From contig CAWKNZ010000007.1 of assembly GCA_963851265.1 (NCBI GenBank), positions 256,001 through 320,000 on the forward strand: a stretch of 64,000 nucleotides of DNA, read 5' to 3'. The translations under genes were made by a program, and so were the position numbers. The notes beneath the pieces are model-generated. The model saw only the letters and a program-made list of their open reading frames with translations. It ran no database searches and had not been told where the DNA came from. Shown piece after piece: positions 1-9,606 of this stretch. The stretch is from an uncultured Gemmatimonadales bacterium. Lineage in GTDB: Bacteria; Gemmatimonadota; Gemmatimonadetes; Gemmatimonadales; Gemmatimonadaceae. Position 1 is the first letter of the stretch, and every line of letters starts with the position of its first letter.

Positions 1-1
1 G

Positions 2-1360
2 GCGCACGCCGCGCCGGCGCCCCAGGCGACCCCGGGATCCACCGCGGCGCTGACCGGCGCCGCGGTGCCGTCGGTCGCGCATCCCGCCTGGTCGCGCAAC
101 GCGAACATCTACGAGGTGAACGTCCGGCAGTACACGCCGGAGGGAACGCTCGCCGCCATCCGCCCGCACCTGGCGCGTCTGCAGCACCTCGGCGTCGACA
201 TCCTGTGGTTCATGCCCGTGCAACCGATCGGCAAGAAGAACCGCAAGGGGCGACTCGGCTCGTACTACTCCATCGCCGACTACCGCGCGATCAACCCCGA
301 GTTCGGGACGACCGCCGACTTTCGCGCACTCGTCGCGGACGCGCACCGGCTCGGGATGAAGGTGCTGCTCGACTGGGTGCCCAACCACACGGCGTTCGAT
401 CATCCGTGGATCACGCAGCACCCCGACTGGTACGTGCACCGCGCGGACGGCTCGATCATGAATGCCCGCGACAACGAGAACCACGAGACCGACTGGACCG
501 ACGTCGCGGAGTTGAATTACGACAACGCCGACCTCCGGCGCGCGATGCTCGCGGACATGCGGTACTGGCTCGACTCCGCGGGGGTGGACGGGTTTCGCTG
601 CGACGTGGCGGGCGGGGTGCCCGACGATTTCTGGGCGCACGCGCGCGCGACGTTGGGCGCGGCGCACCCGGGCCTATTCATGCTCGCCGAGGCCGAGTCG
701 CCGTCGATGCACGCGTCGTTCGACATGACGTACGGCTGGCAGCTCTACGACCTGCTCGTGGCGGTGTCGCAGGGGAAGCAGTCGCCGGCCGCGATTGACC
801 GGTACCTCGCCGCCCAGGACAGCACGTACCCGGCCGACGCGTACCGGATGTACTTCACCGTCAACCACGACAAGAACAGCTGGGACGGGACCGAGTTCGA
901 GCGGATGGGGCCGAACAACACGCCGAGCTACATCCTGAGCGCGACCCTGCGGAACTCGATGCCACTGCTGTACACGGGGCAGGAGGTCAGCAACCCGAAG
1001 CGGCTGCGTTTCTTCGAGCGGGACACGGTGGACTGGCGCGGGCCGTCGCGCGCGGCGTTCTACCGCGCGGTGTTCGCGCTGAAGCACGCGCAGCCGGCGC
1101 TGGCCAACGGGGCGGCCGGCGGGGTGCAGCAGAAGCTCGCGACGGACGACACGGCGCACGTGTACGCGTTCACGCGCACGCGGGGGGCGAATACGGTGCT
1201 CGTGGCGGTGAATTATGGAGACGCCGCCGTGCGGGTGCCGTACCGCGGGCTGGCGCGGGGCGGGGCGTATACGGACTGGTTCGCCGGGACGCGAGTGAGG
1301 TTAGGCGAGCGCGGGGTCCTCGCGGTGCCGGCGCACGGGTATCGGGTGTTGGTGCGGTAG
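2..1360 (+). CDS. GH13 alpha-amylase family glycosidase (5' end probably outside window)
   Basis: IYEVNVRQYT, DWVPNHT, GVDGFRCDVA (nucleophile), MLAEAE, NHD motifs; frame is open back to position 2. Confidence 0.9.
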   Translation, partial: AHAAPAPQATPGSTAALTGAAVPSVAHPAWSRNANIYEVNVRQYTPEGTLAAIRPHLARLQHLGVDILWFMPVQPIGKKNRKGRLGSYYSIADYRAINPEFGTTADFRALVADAHRLGMKVLLDWVPNHTAFDHPWITQHPDWYVHRADGSIMNARDNENHETDWTDVAELNYDNADLRRAMLADMRYWLDSAGVDGFRCDVAGGVPDDFWAHARATLGAAHPGLFMLAEAESPSMHASFDMTYGWQLYDLLVAVSQGKQSPAAIDRYLAAQDSTYPADAYRMYFTVNHDKNSWDGTEFERMGPNNTPSYILSATLRNSMPLLYTGQEVSNPKRLRFFERDTVDWRGPSRAAFYRAVFALKHAQPALANGAAGGVQQKLATDDTAHVYAFTRTRGANTVLVAVNYGDAAVRVPYRGLARGGAYTDWFAGTRVRLGERGVLAVPAHGYRVLVR

Positions 1361-1414
1361 CAAGGCTGGGCGGACGCTGTGGAGCGTCAAGCCTGACGCC
1401 AACGCCGGGACCGG

Positions 1415-1462
1415 TGGACCCCCGCTTCCGCGGGGGCGAACCCCCGCTTACGCGGGGGCGAC
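1415..1462. repeat. Two tandem REP-like palindromes between convergent genes
   Basis: TGGACCCCCGC-TTCC-GCGGGGGCGAA followed directly by CCCCCGC-TTAC-GCGGGGGCGAC. Confidence 0.75.
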
Positions 1463-1504
1463 AGCGCCAGAGATCGCCGCGCCCCCCGGTCGCGCCACGC
1501 CGCG

Positions 1505-2905
1505 TTACACCGCCCCCGCCGTATCCAGCTGCCCTCTCCCCGGCGCCAACTTCACGAACAGCGTCGCCACCGCCGCACAGATCAGCAGCGCCCCCGCGAG
1601 CCGGATCACGTTGTCCGGCGTGCCGCCGAGCAGCGAGTGATAGATCAGCGGCAGCGTGAAGATCTGCACCATCATCGGGATCACGATGAACATGTTGAAG
1701 ATCCCCATGTACACTCCCACCCGCTCCTGCGGGATGCTGCCGGCGAGCATGACGTACGGGTTGCCCATGATGCTGGCCCACGCGAGCCCGATGCCGATCA
1801 TCGGGACGAAGAGCAGGCCGCGGTCGGTGATGCCGGGGAGGGCCCACATCGCGAGGCCGGCGAGCGTGAGGCAGGTCGCGTGCGTGATCTTCGGCCCGAG
1901 GCGCCGCGTGAACGGGACCATCGCGAACGCGGCCGCGAAGGCGACGGCGTTGTAGAAGCCGCCGAGCTGGCCGTAGAAGAGGTTCGCGTCGCGGAAGGCG
2001 GGCGTGGTCGCGTCGTGCGTGTGGAACACCGTCGCCGCGATCGAGAGGACCACGTACTGCCAGTAGCAGAACATCGCGTACCACTGGAACAGCTTCATCA
2101 CCGCGAGCTGCCGCATCGTCGTCGGCATCTCGCGCACGGCGGCGCCGACCTCGGTGAACGCGGCGCCGAGCCCGCGCGGCATCGCCTCGATGCGCGCGCG
2201 CTCGTCGGCCGACAGCGGCAGCTCGGGCGTCGTGCGCACCGTCCAGAGGATCGACGCGAGCGAGAACACCGAGCCGATGAGGAACGCGCCGACCGTGACG
2301 TACGGGATGCCGCGCGCGTTGGTCGCGTCGCTGTTCATCCCGAGCCGCACGGCGAGGCCGGCGAGCAGCGACGGCGTCACGTAGGACAGCGTCTGGCCGA
2401 GCCCCGTGAAGGCGCTCTGCGTGAGGAAGCCGATCGAGTGCTGCGTGGGGTCGAGCCGGTCGGAGACGAAGGCGCGGTACGGCTCCATCGTCACGTTGTT
2501 GCCGGCGTCGAGGATCCAGAGCAGCCCCGCCGCCGCCCAGATGGCCGGGCTGAACGGCATGAGCAGCAGGGCGATGCTGCAGAGGACCGCGCCGACCAGG
2601 AAGTACGGCGTACGCCGCCCGCGCGAGCTGAGCGTGCGGTCGCTCATCGCGCCGATGATCGGCTGCACGAGCAGGCCGGTCATGGGCCCGGCGAGCCAGA
2701 GGAAGGGCAGGCTCGCCTCGTCCGCGCCGAGGTAGCGGTAGATGGGGCTCATGTTGGCCTGCTGCAGTCCGAAGCTGTACTGGATTCCGAAGAACCCGAA
2801 GTTCATGCTCAGGATCTGCGCGAACGAGAGCTGCGGGCGTCGCGCGGCGCGCACGCCGGGGGCGGCGCGGGCGGCGCTCGGGAGCGCGGCGGTGGTCGTC
2901 GCCAT
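1505..2905 (-). CDS. MFS sugar transporter (SLC45/MalT-like, sucrose/maltose type)
   Basis: MNFGFFGIQYSFGLQ, GLLVQPIIGAMSDRT, GRRTPYF, MEPYRAFVSD, GVYMGIFNMFIVIP; about 12 hydrophobic segments; ATG 2905 chosen as start. Confidence 0.9.
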   Translation of the reverse strand: MATTTAALPSAARAAPGVRAARRPQLSFAQILSMNFGFFGIQYSFGLQQANMSPIYRYLGADEASLPFLWLAGPMTGLLVQPIIGAMSDRTLSSRGRRTPYFLVGAVLCSIALLLMPFSPAIWAAAGLLWILDAGNNVTMEPYRAFVSDRLDPTQHSIGFLTQSAFTGLGQTLSYVTPSLLAGLAVRLGMNSDATNARGIPYVTVGAFLIGSVFSLASILWTVRTTPELPLSADERARIEAMPRGLGAAFTEVGAAVREMPTTMRQLAVMKLFQWYAMFCYWQYVVLSIAATVFHTHDATTPAFRDANLFYGQLGGFYNAVAFAAAFAMVPFTRRLGPKITHATCLTLAGLAMWALPGITDRGLLFVPMIGIGLAWASIMGNPYVMLAGSIPQERVGVYMGIFNMFIVIPMMVQIFTLPLIYHSLLGGTPDNVIRLAGALLICAAVATLFVKLAPGRGQLDTAGAV

Positions 2906-2944
2906 GGCGGGCGGTGAGGGCGGAGAGGGCGGGTCGGGGCGAGC

Positions 2945-2982
2945 GTTCGCGCGAACCCGCGCGTGAAGCCTGCGCGTATAAT
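2945..2982 (+). promoter_or_regulatory. Candidate -10 box and palindromic operator in divergent intergenic region
   Basis: Perfect palindrome GTTCGCGCGAAC at 2945-2956 and TATAAT at 2977-2982. Confidence 0.45.
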
Positions 2983-3048
2983 GGGGGGCGTGCACGCATT
3001 CTGCCCGCGGCGGGCGCGCCGTCGACACCAAGTCGCCACACATCTCTC

Positions 3049-4203
3049 GTGACCGCACCCGCCTCGTCTCTCGCCGCCGACCCCGCGGTCGCGCTACTCC
3101 GCGCGCTGAGCGGCCCCGCCGGCATTCACGCGTCGCTCTCCGACACGGCGAACTACCGCGCCGTGTTCGCGCGCGACGGTGTGATGGCGGGCATCGCGGG
3201 GCTGCTGCTCGGCGACGCGACGGTCACCGCGGGCCTCGTCCGCACGCTCGAACAGCTGCGCGACCTGCAAGGCGCCGAGGGGCAGATCGCGTCCAACTAC
3301 GAGGTGCGTGACGGCGCGCCGCCCCACGTGAGCTTCGGCACCGTCGTGCCGCGCGTCGACTCGGCGACGTGGTACCTCGTGGGCGTCGCGCTCGCGGCGC
3401 GCGAGGGCGCGGTCGACCCGGCGGCGTTCGCGGCGTCGGTGCGCGCGACGGTGCGGCTGCTCGACGCGCTCGAGTACAACGGGCGCGACCTCGTCTACGT
3501 GCCGGCCGGCGGGAACTGGGCCGACGAGTACCTCACCGAGGGCTACATCCTCTACGACCAGGTGCTGCGCGCGTGGGGGCTGCGGTTGTTAGGCACGACG
3601 TACGGCGAGCCGGCGTGGGGCGAGAAGGCCGAGCGAGTCGGCGCGCGAATCGCGGAGCGGTTCTGGCCCGACGCCGACGCCGGCCGACGGTACCCGCTCG
3701 CGTCGTACACGCCGATCGCCGTGCGCGACGTGTTCGACCTCGCGGCCGCCGCGCTGCTCGGCGTCGCGGGCGTGGCCGGGGCGGAGGCGGTGACGGCGCG
3801 CGCGCTCGACTACGCGGTGGACGCGTTCCTCGCCCGCGACGTGCTCCCGCCCGCGTTCAGCCCGGTGATCGAGGAGGGCGACGCGGACTGGCCGGCGCTC
3901 CGCCGGTACCACCTCTACGCGTTCCGCAACCGCCCGCACGAGTATCACAACGGCGGCGTGTGGCCGATCTGGCTCGGCTGGCTCGCGCTCGCGCTCGCGC
4001 GCACGGGGCGGCCCCGCGACCTCGCGCGCCTGCGCGCGCTCGTCGCCGACCGGGTCGCGGCACACCCCGCGTACGCGTTCGACGAGTACCTGCACGGCGT
4101 GACGTCCACGCCCGGAGGCACGACGCGGATGGCGTACAGCGCGACGGGGTTCGTCTTCCTGCAACTCGCCGATACGAGCGCCGCGGCGCGGGTGCTCGCG
4201 TGA
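3049..4203 (+). CDS. (alpha/alpha)6 glycoside hydrolase, GH100/amylo-alpha-1,6-glucosidase-like
   Basis: NYRAVFARDG, GQIASN, GGNWADE, YDQVL, PHEYHNGGVWP, FDEYLHG, AYSATG; GTG start at 3049. Confidence 0.75.
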   Translation: MTAPASSLAADPAVALLRALSGPAGIHASLSDTANYRAVFARDGVMAGIAGLLLGDATVTAGLVRTLEQLRDLQGAEGQIASNYEVRDGAPPHVSFGTVVPRVDSATWYLVGVALAAREGAVDPAAFAASVRATVRLLDALEYNGRDLVYVPAGGNWADEYLTEGYILYDQVLRAWGLRLLGTTYGEPAWGEKAERVGARIAERFWPDADAGRRYPLASYTPIAVRDVFDLAAAALLGVAGVAGAEAVTARALDYAVDAFLARDVLPPAFSPVIEEGDADWPALRRYHLYAFRNRPHEYHNGGVWPIWLGWLALALARTGRPRDLARLRALVADRVAAHPAYAFDEYLHGVTSTPGGTTRMAYSATGFVFLQLADTSAAARVLA

Positions 4204-4823
4204 GCGCGCCGACGCCGGACGCGGGTCGCGTGCTCGTGGGCATGCTCGCGGAGTACGGGGTGCGCGAGCGCGAGCGCACCGTGGTGGGCGTCGCGGGCGA
4301 GTCCGGCAGCGGCAAGTCGACGACGGCGTCGGCGCTCGCCCGCGAGCTGACCGCGGACGGGCTGCGCGCCGAGGTGCTGTTTCAGGACGACTACTTCGTC
4401 CGGCCGCCGCGCACCAACCACGAGCACCGCGTGGCCGACATCTCGAGCGTGGGGCCGCAGGAGGTGGACATGGCGCGGATCGAGCGCGACGTCGCGGAGT
4501 TTCGCGCCGGGCGCGACGGGGTCGTGGTGCCGGCGGTCGACTACCCCGCCAACGTCTTCCGCACGCGGGTCGTGGATTTCGGCACGGCGCGCGTGCTCGT
4601 CGTCGAGGGGACGTACGTGCTGATGCTCCCAGGGCTGGACGTGCGCGTGTTTCTCGACGCGACGTACGCCGATACCCGGGCGCGGCGCGTGGCGCGGGCG
4701 CGCGACGTGGACTCGCCGTTCGTGGAGCAGGTGCTGCGGATCGAGCACGAGCTCATCGCGCCGCAGGCGGCCGTGGCCGACGTGGTTATAGATCGGGAGT
4801 TTCGCGTGCGGCGCGGACTGTGA
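4200..4823 (+). CDS. P-loop kinase, uridine kinase/phosphoribulokinase family
   Basis: VVGVAGESGSGKST Walker A, QDDYF, VLVVEGTY; GTGA overlap with upstream stop. Confidence 0.85.
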   Translation: MSAPTPDAGRVLVGMLAEYGVRERERTVVGVAGESGSGKSTTASALARELTADGLRAEVLFQDDYFVRPPRTNHEHRVADISSVGPQEVDMARIERDVAEFRAGRDGVVVPAVDYPANVFRTRVVDFGTARVLVVEGTYVLMLPGLDVRVFLDATYADTRARRVARARDVDSPFVEQVLRIEHELIAPQAAVADVVIDREFRVRRGL

Positions 4824-4981
4824 GGTGACGGCCCGCGCGCGGCGCGCGATCTACCTTCCCGTCTGATCGGGATCGCCCGATCGCCACGCCACGAACGACC
4901 CGCACGACCGGCATTCCCCGTCGCCCCACGCGGCAGGTCGCGCCCCGCGCGCCGCGACGGCCACGTCACGTACCCCACGAC

Positions 4982-6700
4982 ATGCTTCGATCATCATTTC
5001 GCGGCGCCCTCGGCCTCGCCGCCGTCCTCGCGCTCGCGACGGCGGGCTGCCGTCCGGCCGCGCTCGCGACCGCGCCGACGCCGGCCCTCGCCGCGTACGA
5101 CCCCGCGCGCGACCTCGGCCCGCTGTTTCAGGACGTGGAGACGGCGGGGATCTTCCCCGACTCGAAGACGTTCGTCGACGCGCGCGCCCTCGCGACCCCG
5201 GGCGACATCGCGGCGCGCTACGCCGCCGAGCGGGGGCGGCCCGGGTTCGACCTGCGGGCGTTCGTCGCGCGCGAGTTCGCGCTGCCGCAGAGCGCCGGCG
5301 CCGTCGCGCCGGACAGCGCGGCGACGATGGAAGCGCACATCCGCGCGCTGTGGCCCGCGCTCACGCGCCCGGCCGACGTGCCCGACCCGCGCTCCTCGCT
5401 CATCGCGCTGCCCAACCCGTACGTGGTGCCCGGCGGACGCTTCCGCGAGGTGTACTACTGGGACTCGTATTTCACGATGCTCGGCCTCGTGGAGAGCGGG
5501 CGCACGGACCTGATGCGCGACATGCTCGACAACTTCGCGTACGAGGTCCGCACGTTAGGCCACATTCCGAACGGCAACCGCACCTACTACCTGGGCCGCA
5601 GCCAGCCGCCGTTCTTCGCGGCGATGGTCGGGCTGTATGCGCAGGCGACCGACACGGGGCAGGCGCTCCGCTACCTCGACGCGCTCGAAGCCGAGCACGC
5701 GTTCTGGATGGACGGGGCCGACCGCCTCGCGCCCGGGACGGCGCACCGACGCCTGGTGCGGCTGCGCGACGGACGCCTGCTCAACCGGTACTGGGACGAC
5801 GTGCCGGCGCCGCGGCCCGAGTCGTTTCGTGAGGATTTCCAGCTCGGGCAGACCGTGCCGGCGGAGCGACGCGAGGCGTTCTACCGCAACGCGCGCGCGG
5901 GTGCGGAGAGTGGCTGGGACTATTCGAGTCGCTGGATGCGCGACCCGCACGACCTGCGGACGCTCGAGGTGATCGACCTCGTCCCGGTGGACCTCAACAG
6001 CGTGCTCTACCATGCCGAGCGGACGATCGCCGCGCTGCGGCGGTTCCGGGGGCGGGCGGGGGACGCGGGGGTCGCGGCGCGGTACGCGGAGGTGGCGGAG
6101 ACGCGGCGGCGCGCGCTCGTGTCGGCCGCGTACGACCCGGCGACCGGGTTCTTCTACGACGTGCGCTGGCGCACGGGCGAGCGGGTGACGGACCGGCCGA
6201 CGCTCGCGGCGGCCGCGCCGCTCTACTTCGGCCTCGCGACCCCGGAGCAGGGGCGCGCGGTGGCCGACCGGCTCGGGCGGGACTTCCTGAGGTCGGGCGG
6301 GTTCGTGACGACCCTCGTCGCGTCGGGGCAGCAGTGGGACGCGCCTAACGGGTGGCCGCCGCTGCAGTGGCTGGCGATGGAGGGGGTGCGGCGGTACGGC
6401 CGCGCGGGGCTCGCCGACACGGCGCGCGGGCGGTGGCTCGCGCTCAACCGGCGGACGTACGCGGCGACGAAGAAGATGACGGAGAAGTACGACGTCGTCG
6501 ACGCGGCGCGGCGGGCCGGCGGGGGCGAATACCCGACCCAGGACGGGTTCGGGTGGACGAACGGGGTCGCGCTGGCGCTCGCCGCGCAGGAGCGGGCGGC
6601 GGGAGGTGCGCGGGCGGACGGTGCCCCGGCGGACGGCGGCGACGTGCGCACGCCCGCGCCCGGGCCGGCGCGGGCCAACCCGGCGCCGTCGCATCGGTAG
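4982..6700 (+). CDS. treA: alpha,alpha-trehalase (GH37), probable lipoprotein
   Basis: DSKTFVD, PGGRFREVYYWDSY, RSQPP, PRPES, AESGWDYSSRW, QQWDAPNGWPP, GGGEYPTQDGFGWTNG; lipobox-like LATAGC. Confidence 0.95.
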   Translation: MLRSSFRGALGLAAVLALATAGCRPAALATAPTPALAAYDPARDLGPLFQDVETAGIFPDSKTFVDARALATPGDIAARYAAERGRPGFDLRAFVAREFALPQSAGAVAPDSAATMEAHIRALWPALTRPADVPDPRSSLIALPNPYVVPGGRFREVYYWDSYFTMLGLVESGRTDLMRDMLDNFAYEVRTLGHIPNGNRTYYLGRSQPPFFAAMVGLYAQATDTGQALRYLDALEAEHAFWMDGADRLAPGTAHRRLVRLRDGRLLNRYWDDVPAPRPESFREDFQLGQTVPAERREAFYRNARAGAESGWDYSSRWMRDPHDLRTLEVIDLVPVDLNSVLYHAERTIAALRRFRGRAGDAGVAARYAEVAETRRRALVSAAYDPATGFFYDVRWRTGERVTDRPTLAAAAPLYFGLATPEQGRAVADRLGRDFLRSGGFVTTLVASGQQWDAPNGWPPLQWLAMEGVRRYGRAGLADTARGRWLALNRRTYAATKKMTEKYDVVDAARRAGGGEYPTQDGFGWTNGVALALAAQERAAGGARADGAPADGGDVRTPAPGPARANPAPSHR

Positions 6701-6836
6701 CCGTGGCCCTCGGCAGGTTGTCCGGCGCGGATTCTTCACAAGCCCTGGTACGTCGTACAGTTTCCGCGCACCGCGACACGCACGGCTCCGGCGCTCCGCG
6801 ATCGCACCTCCCCAATCCCGCCCCGAGGTACCCGGC

Positions 6837-8246
6837 ATGGCCCGACCACGGCTGAACCTCCGGCAGCTGTTCAACATGAGCGTCGGATTCCTCGGCATCC
6901 AGTTCGGGTGGGGGCTCCAGCTCGCGAACATGTCGGCCGTGTACGAGCGGCTCGGGGCGAAGACGGACCAGATTCCGGGGCTGTGGCTCGCCGCGCCGCT
7001 CACCGGACTGCTCGTGCAGCCGGTCATCGGCGCGCTGAGCGACCGCACGTGGGGTCCGCTCGGGCGGCGGCGTCCGTACTTCCTCGCCGGCGCGGTGCTC
7101 GCGTCGATCGGGCTGTTTCTGATGCCGACGTCCGGGAGCATCTGGATGGCGGCGGGGCTGCTCTGGGTACTCGACGCGTCGATCAACATCTCGATGGAGC
7201 CGTTCCGCGCGTTCGTGGCCGACAAGCTGGACGCGTCGCAGCGGACGGCGGGCTTCGTCATGCAGTCCTTCATGATCGGCATCGGCGCGAGCCTCGCCAA
7301 CGCGCTGCCCTACGTGTTAGGCCGGTTCGGGGTCGCCGGGAGCACGGCGAGCGGGATCCCGCTGTCCGTGAAGTACGCGTTCCAGGCCGGCGCCGTGGTC
7401 TACCTGCTCGCGGTGATCTGGACGGTGGTCACGACCGGCGAAGACCCGCCCGCGGACATGGCCGCCTTCGAGCGCGAGCGGCAGCAGCGGCGCGGCGTCG
7501 GGCCGCTCGTCGCGGAGATCGCGGAGGCCGTGCGCGAGATGCCGGCGACGATGAAGCAGCTCGCCCTCGTGCAGTTCATCACGTGGATGGGGCTGTTCTG
7601 CATGTGGCTCTACTTCGTGCCCGCGGTGGCGCGGCACGTCTTCGGCGCCACCGACCCCGCCTCGCAGCTGTACGAGGACGGCGCGAAGTGGGGCGGGCTG
7701 GTGTTCGCGTTCTACTCGATCACCTGCTTCGCGGTGGCATTCGCGTTGCCCAAGCTCGCCGCCGCGACCAGTCGCAAGGCGGTGCACGCCGGGGCGCTCG
7801 TGTGCGGCGCGCTCGGGCTGCTGAGCGTCGGCGTGATCCACTCGCCCAACCTGCTGATCCTCTCGATGGTGGGCGTGGGGGTGGCCTGGGCGTCGATCCT
7901 CTCGATGCCGTACGCGATTCTCGCGTCGGCGCTGCCGCCGGCCCGGCTCGGGGTGTACATGGGCGTGTTCAACTTCTTCATCGTGCTGCCCGAGATCGTG
8001 GCGGCGCTGTTCTTCGGGCGGCTGTCGCGCGCGCTGTTCGGCGACGGCAACCCGAGCGCGCCGTTGTACTTCGTGATCATCGGCGGTGGGTGCATGCTCG
8101 CCGCCGCCGCGTGCGTGGCGCTCGTGCAGGACGTGGGCGAGCGCGAGCCGGCCGGCGCGGCCGTGCTCGCCGCCGACGCGCACGAAGCGTTGCTGGTGCA
8201 GGGGTCGGTGCAGCCCGTGCCGAGCACGGGCGCGTCGCCCCGGTAG
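6837..8246 (+). CDS. MFS sugar transporter (second SLC45/MalT-like paralogue)
   Basis: MSVGFLGIQFGWGLQ, GLLVQPVIGALSDRTW, GRRRPYF, MEPFRAFVAD, GVYMGVFNFFIVLP; GAGG upstream of ATG 6837. Confidence 0.9.
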   Translation: MARPRLNLRQLFNMSVGFLGIQFGWGLQLANMSAVYERLGAKTDQIPGLWLAAPLTGLLVQPVIGALSDRTWGPLGRRRPYFLAGAVLASIGLFLMPTSGSIWMAAGLLWVLDASINISMEPFRAFVADKLDASQRTAGFVMQSFMIGIGASLANALPYVLGRFGVAGSTASGIPLSVKYAFQAGAVVYLLAVIWTVVTTGEDPPADMAAFERERQQRRGVGPLVAEIAEAVREMPATMKQLALVQFITWMGLFCMWLYFVPAVARHVFGATDPASQLYEDGAKWGGLVFAFYSITCFAVAFALPKLAAATSRKAVHAGALVCGALGLLSVGVIHSPNLLILSMVGVGVAWASILSMPYAILASALPPARLGVYMGVFNFFIVLPEIVAALFFGRLSRALFGDGNPSAPLYFVIIGGGCMLAAAACVALVQDVGEREPAGAAVLAADAHEALLVQGSVQPVPSTGASPR

Positions 8247-8333
8247 ACCCGTGGGCCCGGCCCGGGAGGGCCGGTCGGGTGCTGGTCCGGGACTTTCGTT
8301 AGGCTCGCCGCTCACTCTTCCGCTTCCGCCGCG

Positions 8334-9605
8334 ATGAAACGCACGCTCGCAGTCATTCTCGGGGGCGGCGCCGGGACGCGCCTCTTCCCGCTCACCCGCA
8401 ACCGCGCCAAGCCGGCCGTCCCGCTCGCGGGCAAGTACCGGCTGGTCGACGTGCCGATCTCGAACTGCATCAACTCGGGGCTCGAGCGCATCTTCGTCGT
8501 CACGCAGTACAACTCGGCCAGCCTCAACAAGCACGTCGCACGGGCATACCAGTTCGACCGGTACCGCGGCGGCTTCGTGACGATCCTCGCCGCCGAGCAG
8601 ACGGCGAAGTCGGAAAAGTGGTACCAGGGAACCGCCGACGCGGTGCGGCAGTCGATCCAGCACATGCGCAGCTACCCGCACGAGCGCGTGATCATCCTGA
8701 GCGGCGACCAGCTGTACTCGATGGACTACCGCGCGATGACCGAGCACCACGAGCAGACGGGCGCGGACATCACGATCGGCGTGACGCCGGTGGTCGCGGT
8801 CGACGCGCCCGGATTCGGCATCCTCAAGACCGACGACGCGCACCGGATCACCGAGTTCTACGAGAAGCCGAAGCTCGACCAGCTCGCCGACAAGAGCAGC
8901 CCGGTCACGGCGGAGCTCGAAGCGGAGGGGCGCATCTACCTCGCGTCGATGGGCATCTACGTGTTCGACGCGAAGCTGCTGGCGCGCGTGCTCGACGAGC
9001 ACGAGGAGGAGCACGACTTCGGCAAGGAGGTGATCCCGCGGGCGATCAAGAGCGGGCTCAACGTCGTCGCGTACCCGTTCACCGGGTACTGGAACGACAT
9101 CGGGACGGTGCGCTCCTTCTTCGACACGAACATCATGCTCGGCAAGGCGCAGCCCGAATTCAACCTGTACGACGCGCGGATGCCGCTGTACACGAACGCG
9201 CGCGTGCTCCCGCCGGCCAAGGTCACGCGCTCGCGCATCGAGGACACGCTGCTGAGCGAAGGCAGCGTCATCATCGACAGCGACATCGCCGACTCGGTGA
9301 TCGGGATCCGCTCGTACGTGGCGGCGCGGGCGCGCATCCGGCGGACGGTGATGATGGGCGCGGACTACTATCCGTGGGCCGACGCGGACGACCCGAGCCG
9401 CGTGCAGGGGCCGGCGCATCCCGGGATCGGTGAAGACTCCGAAATCGAGAACGCGATCATCGACAAGAACGTGTCGATCGGGCGCGGCTGCCGCCTGACG
9501 AATGCGGCCGGGGTGGAGGAGGGGGAAGGTCCGGGGTTCTACATCCGAGACGGGATCATCGTGTTCGTGAAGGGGGCGGAGATCGCGGACGGAACGGTGG
9601 TGTGA
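8334..9605 (+). CDS. glgC: Glucose-1-phosphate adenylyltransferase
   Basis: ILGGGAGTRLFPLT, RAKPAVP, QGTADAV, LSGDQLY, FYEKP, ASMGIY, HDFGKEVIP, YWNDIGT. Confidence 0.97.
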   Translation: MKRTLAVILGGGAGTRLFPLTRNRAKPAVPLAGKYRLVDVPISNCINSGLERIFVVTQYNSASLNKHVARAYQFDRYRGGFVTILAAEQTAKSEKWYQGTADAVRQSIQHMRSYPHERVIILSGDQLYSMDYRAMTEHHEQTGADITIGVTPVVAVDAPGFGILKTDDAHRITEFYEKPKLDQLADKSSPVTAELEAEGRIYLASMGIYVFDAKLLARVLDEHEEEHDFGKEVIPRAIKSGLNVVAYPFTGYWNDIGTVRSFFDTNIMLGKAQPEFNLYDARMPLYTNARVLPPAKVTRSRIEDTLLSEGSVIIDSDIADSVIGIRSYVAARARIRRTVMMGADYYPWADADDPSRVQGPAHPGIGEDSEIENAIIDKNVSIGRGCRLTNAAGVEEGEGPGFYIRDGIIVFVKGAEIADGTVV

Positions 9606-9606
9606 G

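Noticed and set aside
1415..1462. CRISPR array
   Set aside because: Only two abutting palindromes, with no spacers and no cas genes.
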